Shown piece after piece: positions 36,960-48,871 of a stretch of DNA of 49,190 nt. The notes below the pieces were generated by a model, which searched no databases, was not told the DNA's origin, and worked only from the letters and a program-made list of their open reading frames with translations. Position numbers and translations under genes: made by a program. This DNA is from Dicyema japonicum. Lineage: Eukaryota; Animalia; Dicyemida. Numbering within the stretch: the first letter of the stretch is position 1; each line of letters starts with the position of its first letter. Location: the NCBI GenBank assembly GCA_011109175.1, contig RDEW01000135.1:1-49190 (forward strand). Direction: 5' to 3'.

Positions 36960-37977
36960 TTAATTTGTTGGAGATACAATCATAGACCTGATATAGGGAC
37001 GAGACGTTGTAATATTGGAATAGTTTTGAGTAACTTGTGTTCGTCCTGGAAACATATCTAATATCGTTTGGTCATCTATACTCAAATAACATAACAACTT
37101 GTCTCACATATTACATCTTTCATAGCAAATTTTATATGCACATCCATATTTTGCAAGTCACCTGAGCAATACTCCATGATTGTAGTTCCACTTGAATCAT
37201 AGCGTCTGTCCTTGACAAATGAGTCAGCCTTCAATATATCTTAATTATTATTATAGAGTTACTGAAGATAAATTCATATTCTGAATTATGATTAATTTCA
37301 ACTACATTGGCAAAATGCTGTCCACATAAACTATTCAAGTCCACTAATTTATAATATTTGTTAATGACGATGTATCCTCTCCCATTATTAAGATAATAAG
37401 CAATATGGTTTTGCTGAGCAAAAATCCGTATATTTGCCCTTTGAGGATAAAGGGAAATTCGCTGTGTCCTCAAATTATTATTATGAATATCGAGATCTAA
37501 AATAATATATATTGATACGAATTTCGCAAACATTTACAAGTTCTTCCTCTTCGTTTTGAAATATCATTTTTGCTTGACACACTTTTACAGCCAAATAAGA
37601 AGTAATGTCGTAGTTATAAAGTCCACTCAAATTAAAATAAGGCTAAAATTTATGATTCATGAAAACCATGTTTCTACCATTACTCAGCACAAATCTGCCT
37701 CTATCGAACTTTCCATTAATCCAAAAGTCCTCATCCACATTGTCTATAAAGTCAAAAGAATCACTAACTAATCAAAAATGCAAATTCATCATAATCATTA
37801 ATGATAACTTGATAATAACCGACACCACAACTAAAAGATGATAAATATCCAATTTTTTTATGATCGGTAATCTTATATCCATGACCTCTATAATTAAAAT
37901 GTATATCACATCCTTAGATTCATAAAACTAAATCTACTTATTAAACAGAATGGTAGCAAAATAAACAAATTTTTCAT
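36960..37977 (-). CDS. Putative secreted protein with two divergent C-type-lectin-like domains (paralog 2)
   Basis: MKNLFILLPFCLI signal-like start. Six GT-AG introns of 22-25 nt at the same positions and phases as paralog 1. Motifs FNYRGHGY, VIINDYDE, FWING, GRFVLSNG, VCEI, YLNNGRGY, VVEINHNSE and VICET. Frame is open after splicing. Confidence 0.75.
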
Positions 37978-39598
37978 TTAATTTATTTAATAAATAAAAC
38001 AAATAAATTAAACAAAATATTCATTTCTCAATCACAAGTAATTTTATGTCTACATATATTTACAATAATTTAAATATTGAAGAAACGTTTAATTAAATCG
38101 TAACCTTCAGATAACTGATTTTATCCATTTTTGCTGAAAAAAAAACAGACTTTTAATAATTATATCAGCTTCAAGGAATTTCAAGAATTTGTATTTTCAT
38201 TCAAAAATTGGACATCTAACAGTTAGTCAGATAATAATACATATATTTTAAGTAACAGCTATTTCTATTAATAATCATTTTTTGAAAATTTTTAAACTCT
38301 TAAAATCTAATATTATAACTTTCAGGGTACCATAATACCATTTTCGAGTTAAACCTGTTGCTTTATTTCAAAGGTTTATTTATCACCCCTTCCGTCGAGA
38401 ACTAGCATAGTTTCAATTTCTTATAATTCCGCTTAAGTAGAACGCACACTTTATTTATGATGAAAAGAACTGATAACGAGTCTCAGAAGTGCCAATAAAA
38501 TACTGAGCGTTTCCGGTTTGAATTTCACTGCTGTCTATTTCAGTTGAAGGTTTCACGCTTTAAGATCCTTCTTGAACCGTAAAGTGGTCTCGTCTTCAGT
38601 GATTGTCACGTGGAACCGGATTGTGGTCAAGCAAAAGGAAATAGAATAAATTCAGAATAAAAATTTAAAATGACCTATTTTAATATTAATGATAAATTAA
38701 TAACAATTTTAACTTAATGAAAAGTCAAAGGGTTCTATTATAGCTTTAGGCACTGACTGCCTAATGAGTTACCAACATGTTTTTGAAATGCCTTCGTGTC
38801 ATTCTATGCTCCACCTTTCGCAATTCTGCAAGTTACCCAATCATCCTTATAAACTTTGACTTTCACCTAACCAGGATTCCTATTCTCTGGGACTTGGCAT
38901 TTAAACATGTACGGTGATGAATATCTTTGGACATTTCTAGTTATCTGGTTTCTTTTAAGATTGAATATCATCTCACTCCTGTGTTGAGAACAAGTTCCTG
39001 GGTCAATTTGTGCAGGAACATGAAACCCTCAGTTTTGAGAGGTGATAAGTATCAGTGAATAGTAGAATCGGCATAGACCTCATCAATAATTTCCCAATCT
39101 CGACAGTTTTATTCGATACTGGCTAATGATATAAAATATAATATTCAGGATTTTCAGTAGTCTAATGAGGGGTTTAAAGATTTAGAGAATCAGATAATCA
39201 GACTTTTGAAACAAACTTTGTACAAAGAATTATCTTGGGCACTAAAATACTTTTCTCCGTAGGATGCAACTTTCTCCTAATAAACTGTTCCTATGTGGAC
39301 AAGAATGGGGGCCAAGGAAAACCATATCAGGATTATCGACTATATTGTCCCGAAGGACAGATTCACAAAATAGCTTTATCTATGAAAAATATTGACATGT
39401 TAATATATCTCTTGTGCACCCACCTCAGATCCCTCCAATTAACATTTCTGTTTAGATCTTTTCTCCGGATTGTCGAAATTACTTTTTTGTCATTGATAAC
39501 AATTTGATCAAATGTTAGAGACTTTTTTCCTAAATAGTTACAACTTTGGGCCATTTCCACATCTAAATATTTCACATGGGCAACCTGTTTTTTTACGT

Positions 39599-41963
39599 TA
39601 GTTAGTTAGTTAAGTAACCCCAGCCTCACTAACTTGTAGGAAGCCAGCAGCTATTAAGTAGTACGCAGCAGATGTTGGTCGCTCCCATAGATCGGTCAGT
39701 TCCGGCATTGTGGAGAAATGTTGTGCCAATTCATGACATTGAAATAGGTGATTTGTTGTCAGCACGTGGAGGTTGCAAAAGGAGCATAGTACATCATAAG
39801 CTGATAGATATGGGTGGTGCTCACATCGTAGACGAGCCAGGTTTACTCGCACGTCCCTTGAAAGAGAGGATTCTGATTGGTCTATTGGAGGAGGGGGTCG
39901 CTGTAATATTTTATTGTCTCCGAGTCTTCGGATGCTTCTCGTAGAAACAAAATCGTGTATCTGTTTTAGACGACCTCTGTCATGATAACATCCGAGACAG
40001 GTCACTGGTTGTCATAATAATTTTCCTTTTGTTTTGCGGCTTGCATAGGGATGTTCTAGACTGTAGGCTTGGGAGAGGAACTGTAGGGCTCTCATTTCCA
40101 GATGGTCTCCAATTGGTAGATCTTTGACTCCCAATGTAGATGATCGACAGGAGTTGATCTGAGACATCCAGTAATTATCCTGAGCGCGATGTTTTGTACT
40201 TTTTGTAGTTTGTCAATAGAAGTAAGAGAGGCAGAGGTTGACCAGCAAGGGCTTGCATAGTTAATAGTTGTTCGAATGAATTGTTTATGATGGTTAGGGC
40301 TTCTTTGCTTTGGCCAAAGGAATGACCTGACACAGCTTTAAGTATGTTGATCTTGTGAGAAACCTTTGTACATTGTTCCTCCACATGTTTAGAGAAAGGT
40401 AGTAGTTGGTCATAAATAACTCCAAGTATTTTGGGATGTTTCGTAACGGTGAGTGGTTGTCCATGAATTGTTAAAATTGGTTGGAAATTTAGTTGGCGGC
40501 GGTTGGACGTGAATACAGTGACGGTGGATTTCGATGGAGAGGGGATAGGTGGTTTGCTCCAAGCCACTCTTCAAAAGTGTTCAAGTGGATCTGAACATCC
40601 TTCGTTGCTTCGTTGACGTTATGTTTTTAGAGGCAACAATCATGCCATCCGCATACAATAGGAGAAGTGTTTTGGAATTGATTGGAATATCGCTTAGGTG
40701 TAAGTTGAATAAGGTGGGTGATAAAACAGAGCCTTGGGGAACTCCATTTGGAAAGAGTCTGTAATGAAATAGACATGACATAATTTCAGCTCGACCAATT
40801 CTTCCAGAGAGGAAATTTGTTAACCAATTCTGTAAACGTGGAGGAATTCCAGATACAAGAATTTTGTTACTTAGCACGCGCCTTGATGTTAGGTCGTTAG
40901 GTCGATCGATGGGAGGATAGTCCGTTTGGGAAAATTACAATTGTTAAAACCATCAGCGATATATTGGGTAGAGTATGTGTTAATGTTGAGTATTGTGGAC
41001 AAAAGTCATGTTGAAAATCAGGGAAGGTACTTCGATATTAGTTTCAGTACAACACGTTCAACAATTTTCGATACTACAGATAGTAGTGAAATTGGTCTGA
41101 AAGATCCCGGATCCGAAGGATCTTTCTTGGGCTTTAGGATTGGGATTATTTTGGATTTTTTCCATAGTGCAGGAATTCTGCAGGTGTTGACGGACACAGA
41201 AATTATGTCTGTTATTGCTTGGAGTCCTTGCGTTCCCAGGTGCTTTAAATACAGATTTCATCAAGTTCTTTGGCAGGAGAGTTTTTGGCGTTTTTTATGA
41301 GTTTTTCGACATCCGACGTAATGATTTAATCGGTTTTCCTTGAGGAGTTTGAACGTTTTTCATTTTGCATGGACGAAAGCATTTTTTCATAACTATGTGA
41401 CTCGCTTTTGCGTAGTGGTCCATTATGACATTTGCCTGATGAGTGAAATCACGTGGTGTTTTATTCTTGTCAATACTGGTGGCGTGGGTTGTCTCCATTC
41501 TATTTTGTTTAGACTGAATTTTACGTAAAGTGACCCAAAAATCCTTTAGTATTGTTCGGTGGTTAATTTTTGTGATGAAATTGTTCCAACGGTCCAATTT
41601 CCTCGTGTTGATTAATTCTGTAATTTCGCTATTAAGGTTGGATAGTTCGGCCGTATAAATTCTTGATTTTTTGAGTTGACGTCTTGTATGAATCTTTTCG
41701 ATAATTTCCTTAGTGAAATTGGGATTATAGAATGTATTGAGTCATCTTGGAATGTTCTGTTCGATGTCCCCAGCTAGGATGAGGAGTAGCCAATCCGATT
41801 TTTGGGAGCGAAAGCTACGCGCCCGCTCAATAGCCGCCATCATCCAGTTCGACTTCCCATAGGTAGTTGAAAAGGTTGACAGGGGAATAGTAGTGGTTCT
41901 TTTAGTTGCCAGTTTGATACAGGCATCCAATTTTCTCCACGTGAAGGTGAACCACATCGAAAA
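39599..41963 (-). mobile_element. Vingi/Ingi-like LINE with intact 5' end and deleted APE, 12-bp TSD
   Basis: TSD (plus strand GTTTTTTTACGT) at 39587-39598 and 41964-41975. (TAAC)n tail. LLILAGDIEQN is joined directly to the post-APE linker. RT motifs NGVPQGSVLSP and YADG, and a C-terminal C..C..H..C (CSFC..NHLFQC). Confidence 0.9.
41893..41963 (-). ncRNA. Candidate HDV-like ribozyme, near-canonical core
   Basis: Minus strand: TTTTC (P1 remnant) GAT GTGGTTC (P2) A CC-TTCACGT-GG (P3/L3) AGAAAAT (P1') TGG (P1.1) A TGCC..GGCA (P4) ACTAAAA (J4/2 with C) GAACCAC (P2'). The element's 5' junction falls at P1 position 2. Confidence 0.7.
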
Positions 41964-42349
41964 GTTTTTTTACGTGTTTCTCTGGTAACCAGAGATATAC
42001 TACATTATTATTATTATTAAAAATCAAAAATCACCGACAAATTAAATTACTAAATAGCCGTCAGGTGATTCCGGCCACCTCGAGTAGCCATCTCATTCTT
42101 GCTCGGAGTTCTTCCCGGGTTCCAAGGCATTTTCGGATTGGCGGGGGTTTCTAACTTTATTGGAGGGTAGTAAGGGTCCGGTTTTCCTCACTAATTCCTC
42201 AAAAGATGTAGGGTTTAGAGGTGTCCAAGAAAACATTTGCAAAACCTTAAAAAAAACATAAACATAATATGACTTTTTTGTAACTATTATAAGAACAACA
42301 TTTAACTAATTCATTAATTCTAAATAATAATACAAACTGTATTTATTAA

Positions 42350-43280
42350 ATGGCTAACCTGATTTCTTTTAATTTTAACAGCATGGATTTAGTGATTATG
42401 TCTCAATTTAGGGGTATGTCATTGATCTTGTTGAATATGAAAAAAATTAAACATATCTTATGTGGAATTGATCCTGAAGATATAAGTACTCAAATGAGAC
42501 TGAGAGTACGAGAATGGGCCTCATTCGATAGAAACGATAAGTTTAATTCTGTTTATTTTAGACTTTTCTTGAAAGGAAAGACAGAAAAGTTGAAATCTGG
42601 TTGGAGTGGGACTAACTACACTAGATGGTTAGAGGTGCCGAAGGTGGGAGTCGTTAAGCTCCTGTGTGGCATAGGTACTCTGGCTACCTATGCCAAAGGA
42701 AGAGTTATCAAACGCGGAGAATGCCAGTTGTTACTAGGATTCAGGAATGAGGACGACGCTTCAGCTTTCGAAGCTAAGGTCAATACTAAGGTACTTTTTG
42801 GGCTCGGGGCACATAACATGGGTCATTCCTAATGCTTCGGATTCAATAGTGCTAGTCTTCGGAGTCCCCCTGGACTTCGTAGATGTTAATGTAGTCGAAC
42901 ACATCAAGAAGGATTTCATAAGCGGGGGAAAAAGACTCCGGACCATGAAGGTTTGGCTTCGCTCTGGAGCAGAGGCAGAGTTGATCTGAATTGCGGGGGT
43001 CCAAATTCGAGGAAGGCCTGCTAATCAAAAGTCAGGTCTCTTAAGTGCGTGAACTGTGGCGAGGAAGGACACAGGGCGAGCCATTCAAGATGCCCCATGT
43101 ATCAAAAAGCTACGGAGAAGGTACTACAGGGGAGAAGGCAAGCGCCCTCCTCTGGAATGACTAGTGATGTAAGGGCTATCCATTGTATGGTAGAAGATAT
43201 CCAAACGCGCTTAGGGATACTGCGTTGTGCTACAGAAAGGAAAATGCGCCGAAAGTATTTTTCAACTTTATGTATAGGTT
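42350..43280 (+). mobile_element. Degraded I/Jockey-group ORF1 (gag-like, zinc knuckles)
   Basis: CGGPNSRKAC..KCVNCGEEGHRASHSRCP knuckle pattern at about 42990-43100. Upstream ORF pieces are broken by stops. Confidence 0.55.
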
Positions 43281-43539
43281 GAATTTTCTGATGGAAGATC
43301 GGTCTTAATGTAAAGACTTAAAAAATAATTGTTTTTTTATTTTAAATAAATTCTTCGTTAAATATAGCAATTGATATCTTGTTAATGAAAACACGTAAAA
43401 AACATGTTGCCCATAGGCATCAAGCCACCCATGTGACAAAATATATTTATTGATGAATATGAACTTATATAACTACAGCATTGATGTGATGAAACAACAT
43501 ATATTATTTATTAGAATTTCTAGGTATTTTTTCTATATT

Positions 43540-44090
43540 TATAAATTTTTAGATATTTTCCTGATATTTCTGAATTTGATAAGTAGCATCGTTTTCTCAG
43601 CAACCCATTTGCAATTTCAGTTAAGAATCTCCCTTCTGAAAACCATATAATTAAGGAACAATTTATCGATTTGTTTAATGATGGATATGTAAAACACAAG
43701 TTTTCAACGAAGTTTTCCAAAGCGATTTTTTGATTCAAATGACTGATTCCTATTTAGAATTGGCAAAGATGGCACTTAAAGTGCTTATTCCATTCCAACT
43801 ACATATGAGTGTGAGACAGCGTTTTCAGCACTACTTACCATCAAATCAAAATTCTGCAATAGATTGGATGTGTCAAATGACATGAGGGTTGCATTGTCTA
43901 AAACAAACACGACTTAGAAAACTGGTGATGGTCAAATAAATGCATCCATTTCATTAATTATCATTCTTCAATTTTGCACTAATTTTTGTTTTTGTTAAAA
44001 TGTTAATTCACTAATTTAATGAAGGACCGCAAGCAATCAAAAAAATAAAAGAGGACCGCGACGTCTTTTTTTAAAGTTTGAGAACCACTG
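43540..44090 (+). mobile_element. hAT transposase C-terminus (dimerisation domain) plus right TIR
   Basis: NPFAIS, KEQFIDL, ELAKMALKVLIPF, TTYECETAFSALLTIKSK and NRLDVSNDMRVALS. Ends AAGTTTGAGAACCACTG at 44090, followed by AACTAGAA. Confidence 0.88.
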
Positions 44091-44109
44091 AACTAGAAGT
44101 GCATGTTCA

Positions 44110-45660
44110 CATCAATTTTTTTTAATCAATAACAATTTATTGAAGAATAAAGCCAAATAGTTAAAGGCTACTGGCTGGTATCAGGATTGAGAGCGCATTT
44201 CCCTTACGATCTGTAAGGAGATGCGCTCAATGAGCCAGCCCTTCTCTCTGACATCCCTCTTTCCTTTTAGCGACTAACGATCCAATTTTGTTGAGCAGGG
44301 CTAACGACCTGCTTTCTATGACTCCCGAAGTTTCGACTGCGACTGGTTCAAATGTGTACTGCTCGCCGAGGTATGTGTGCTTCTTTGCTTTAAGTATTTC
44401 TGCTTTCTCTGCAGCTGAGCCTGGATTTGTTGCACTCATTGTAATATTTGAAGGGGAGAAGCTATCTACGCAGGTGGCATCCCAGGCCAGGTACTTCCCA
44501 GCATCCCACGGGAACAGAGTCGCTCCATCCGGCCTTCTGTTTGCCGTGGCAAGTCCTAGGGGCTCCATCTGGACAGGGAATCCGGCAGCTTCTAGTCCCC
44601 ACGCAATAACCTTGTTGATTGCACTATGTCTCAGGCTCCTTCCAGCGCTCCTTCGGCAGGAAAGTGCGTGGAGTCCTTTCGCGTCGACTATTCCTCCACA
44701 TCTACAGCGATGGATTGCGCAAACATCGATTCCGAGGCGGACGCAAACCCCAATCCTCGTGGAGTCATCGTCCAGAAAAGTTCCGAGTGAAATGCACGGG
44801 AATGCTTTGAGCCATGCACCGCTAACGTTTGTTGATGCGGTAGCCAGACAAGCCAGACGATGCTGGTCGAGTTGTGGTTTTAGCTCATCGATGGTCCTCG
44901 AACATACAAGTTCGTTCCAGTCTCGTTGTTTGTTGAAGTTCTTCGGGAGTCCAAATTAAGTCCAATCCAAACATCGTGAGCCATGCATGCCATTGGTTCA
45001 GTGTCCGATCCGTTAATGTAGCGTAGGATCTGGTGAACTAGACCACGGGAAGCATATGTCGAAGACAGAAAGGCTGGGAGGGCGAGTTCAAGTGGCGAGC
45101 GTATCCCAATTCCTCCATAACGAAGTGGTAACTTGCATTGAGTCCACCCTGCTTTATCCAGAGAGATGTTAAGTGTTTCTTCAACAGAGGTCTTCAGCTT
45201 CTCATCGATAACTCTCAAGAAATCCATGTCTGTGAAACATGGGGATGTCCGTAGAAAATAGTGGTGTAAGGTGAAAATTCTTGAGGATGAAGAGAGAAAT
45301 GTGGAAGTCCAAAGACTTTAGATTGTGCGTCAGCTGTACGGATTAACTTTTCTCCTCCAAAACAGTTGACATGTCATACAGAGGAGATCCGAGGAAAATC
45401 GCCTTTTCTAGTCGGGTGACTTTGATGTCCTGGAGGCAAGTAGAAATGGTCGTTATTGCGCGTTTAAAGGTCTCCTCTCCACAGGTCACGTTAATAACTT
45501 CGCACTTCGATGGATTCGGCTCCAGTCAGAGTACCGCGAGGGCAGGGATGACGCGTTTAACCTCTTCCACAACAATTTCCCAACTTCCCCCAATGGTCGC
45601 GTCATCAAGGTACCATAAGTTCAAAGAGTTTTGATCGCAGATGATACACAGTCGATACCC
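44110..45660 (-). mobile_element. CRE-clade non-LTR retrotransposon, 5'-truncated
   Basis: RT WYLDDATIGG, GGIGIRSP, HALS-type knuckle, and REL RPDGATLFPWDAGKYLAWDATC..FEPVAVETSG. A-rich tail near 44115. Confidence 0.88.
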
Positions 45661-45781
45661 AAAGCAAAGAGTAGAGGCCAAATTAATTAAATTTATTGAT
45701 TAATTAATGAAATTTATAGATAGATTTAAATTTTCAATTAAAAATTTATTAAATTTAATATTTTTAATCCAATTTGCGAAT

Positions 45782-45910
45782 GGACGAATTGAGATCACTC
45801 GCATTCGACAGAGGAAGATGGAAAAGACTAACTATAAATATTGTTTCTTTGAGTGTTGCACATGCGGGGCTATAATCATTATGGCTTTCGTGAAAGTGCC
45901 TTAATAATAA
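45782..45910 (+). mobile_element. Short 5'-truncated RTE 3'-end insertion
   Basis: First half matches 30180-30240 and second half matches the 3' UTR at 24095-24150. TAATAATAA tail. Likely TSD TTGCGAAT at 45774-45781 and 45911-45918. Confidence 0.8.
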
Positions 45911-45952
45911 TTGCGAATACCGATTTGTTTATTCTCGTTTTTTTTAAGCAAA

Positions 45953-46560
45953 AAATGTCATGTGGCTCGCCGACGACGTGGTGGAATTTGAAGAAAAGAG
46001 CCTCACTTTCCCTTATCCTTATGGGTGGACCAGTAAGGAAGGCCATTGCCGTTGCGTAGGCGTTGTGGCAAAACCTTGACCTGCCAGAATAATCCAACTC
46101 AATATAAATAGAATCAAGAACAAGGTCTCGAACTTCGGACGTTTTTGAAAGAAAATCACAATGATTTGTTAATTTGAGAATCTAAACTTTTTCCCAAAAA
46201 TTAAACAATATTTCCAGGATTCATAGTAATTCGTCATGACAGACTTGTGAAACTTGTGAGGGCTTTCTTACAGTAATTCGCTACGGAATTCCTTTTGATG
46301 ATATAACTGACAATGTCTAAAATGCGCTTACAGGCTATGGTAATATCGAACTTGTGCCCATCAAACTCCGATCCCGGAGACTTTCAATAATATTGGTCAA
46401 CGCATATCTACCACCGTTGGGTTCCTGCTCTTCCTTTTCTCCCAGATTGACTCCTCTCACGAAGGGAGTGAAGGATGTGATTATCTGTGGTGACCTCATG
46501 CGAAGCACCGACTATGGTCGGCAGGACAAGCAAATGACAAAAAGAAGAAAATGCTAATTA
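45953..46560 (+). mobile_element. 5' part of a third Vingi-like LINE (ribozyme remnant plus APE fragment)
   Basis: GTGGCTC..CC-GACGACGT-GG..GAGCCTC remnant fold at 45953-46004. APE remnant LVNAYLPP..VIICGDL. Confidence 0.55.
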
Positions 46561-47124
46561 CGGACCTTCACATATTCTGGTGATATTTCCAATGTGAATT
46601 AGTGAGTGTTTTATTAGTCATCAGAATCATATTTTTGATTTTCATAAACTCCTCCTGGTGTGGAGTAGTAAGAAGTATAATGTGAGGACGAAAGATTAAA
46701 TTTTGTCTTCTAAACATAGTAAATAATGATAACTGTCTTTGTTTTTAAACAATCACCCACGGCATATCTAAAATAACAAATGTGTCCTCACATCAGTAAA
46801 GAAGAGCTCCAATAACGAATAGCACAGCGAATATCAACGTTATGTACAAACCAATCATTCCTACCAATAATTTATAATTTAATACTATTTCTGTTAGTTT
46901 TATTCTCTGTGGATTGTTCACTGTTTTGTTGATTACTTTTGCTTATTATTAGTAACAACAAAATCATGGATTAAATAATTCAATTTCCGGCATTTTTGAA
47001 TATTATTGAATATTACCTACAATTTTACAATTTCTAATAAGTCTCTATTGTAAAAGTCATCTTGTTCTCAGTTCCTACTTTCTCAATAAACTCATTCTGA
47101 CTTGGATAAGACTCCTGATGTCTG

Positions 47125-47223
47125 NNNNNNNNNNNNNNNNNNNNNNNNNNNNNNNNNNNNNNNNNNNNNNNNNNNNNNNNNNNNNNNNNNNNNNNNNNNN
47201 NNNNNNNNNNNNNNNNNNNNNNN
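47125..47223. other. Assembly gap (99 N)
   Basis: Run of N. Confidence 1.
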
Positions 47224-47860
47224 TAAACTATGGATAACAAATTTCTTAAGTGGAAGGAGCGGACGTGTATGCCTCGGAGGACTGAAATCAGTCTCGCGTC
47301 TTCTCCCAAACGGTGTCCCCCAAGGATCTCCTTTATCCCCCGCTTATTCAATTTATACCTGGCTGACATTTCGACATCGGAATTTAATAACGATGTTGTA
47401 CTCTCATATGCGGACGACATTGTTTTGGCCTCGTCCAAAATGCTACAGAAAGATTACAAATTAACCTGGACCGACTCAACGCCTGGGTAATGAAGAACCG
47501 ACTCACGGTAAATTCCAGAAAATGCTTCTCGTACGCGTGTGCTTCGTGGGACTTTCATTATCAAGGACGAATACTAAGAAAATCGAGGACGTACAAAAGA
47601 AGGCTTTCAGAGTCACGGAGCGGTAAACTTGTGGGAGACACAGAACCGGACCTACTACTTTGGAGGCCCTCATAAAACTAAACTCCGGCATGCGGGAAGA
47701 TGGACCTACAAATACAGTTAGCCGCCCAGTACGAGCTTGTGTGGGCACGAGTGAGGAGCACCGAAAAGGATGAAGATTTTGGTGGAACGCATCAGTATCA
47801 CGTGATAGTTAGTTTGGCTTTACCGTGTTCTTGGGTGTTAAATACACTTAATTAGTTATT
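47224..47860 (+). mobile_element. Vingi-like LINE RT C-half and 3' end
   Basis: KLWITNFLSGRSGRV, NGVPQGSPLSP and SYADDIVL. The 3' UTR GTTAGTTTGG..TTCTTGGG resembles 36070-36110. Confidence 0.8.
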
Positions 47861-48784
47861 TACTTTAACTTCTTTCTCTGTGTATACTGGGTTAATGAAT
47901 AAATAAATTGAAAGTAAAATTAAACAGCTTTCACTTAATCTTGAATCGCTAGGCTGTTTCCTCTGACAGTAGCTATGAGATACGTTCTCAAATACATCCA
48001 GTCTCACGTGGACCTTGGTGACTCTGGATCATTAAGTTTTTTAATATTGGTCATTGAGGTCTAAAGCGTTAAATTTTATTTAAGAATTAACTAAAGTGAA
48101 TCGATAAAGTCTCAATCAATTCGCTTCCTCTTAAAACCAGCCCCACCCATACTTTCAGACTCTTTGTAGTAAATAGTTCGGACCGTCGTGGATTTAATTT
48201 TCCTTTCCTCAATTTCACCCATTCAGACTCTCAAGCAAACAACAACTTCCAATAACATGTGGTCATTCAAATATATGTATCAGTTTCCTGCAAGCCGTCT
48301 AGTGTGACCAACCAGTATTTATATTGATCGACATACTCTCAAGAGTCTGATCACAACACTTGAATGTATTCCCTTAGAGTGTCATCCACTTTAAGTATGG
48401 TTTTGATAACGTTAATAGAACCTGCTCACAATGCTATCCTATGTTAGCAGTATTAGTACTATGTTTATTTTAGCATTGTGAATTAATCGCTATTCGTTGG
48501 CAAGTAGATTGTATTTATGAGTATCAAATTTAAGAATTCCGGTTTATGGTAGCGAAACTTTAACAAAAATTTCAAGATCTATATAGAGCACCAAGGTCAA
48601 GGTCATGTTAACAGTTTTTAATTACTGTCGAATGTTATAGCGTTCGGACTGTTGATACTGTCAGGGTTGATAAGACAAATTTATCACTTGAAAACATTAA
48701 CAACCACTAAGTTTTGTTTCAAGAAAAAGATCGGTCCCTTTTTCCCTCAAAAATTTTTTTTTATTTTGAGTCAATAGAGTAATT

Positions 48785-48871
48785 TTTTTAAATCAATAAC
48801 AATTTATTGAAGAATAAAACCAAATAGTTAAAGGCTACTGGCTGCTCTCAGGATTGAGAGCGCATTTCCCC
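48785..48871 (-). mobile_element. 87-bp CRE 3'-end insertion with 9-bp TSD
   Basis: Nearly identical to 44118-44202. Flanked by AGAGTAATT at 48776-48784 and 48872-48880. Confidence 0.85.

Noticed and set aside
39060-39360. LFDTG and KNGG..DYR as LTR-retrotransposon protease and RT remnants
   Set aside because: Motifs are too short and in broken frames. No LTRs, YxDD or integrase found.
41436-41456. CTGATGAGTGAAA minimal hammerhead-like core
   Set aside because: No room for stem II, no supporting stems I/III, and it is antisense within LINE coding sequence.
44288-44959. 223-aa plus-strand ORF as a separate gene
   Set aside because: Antisense shadow of the GC-rich CRE endonuclease region.
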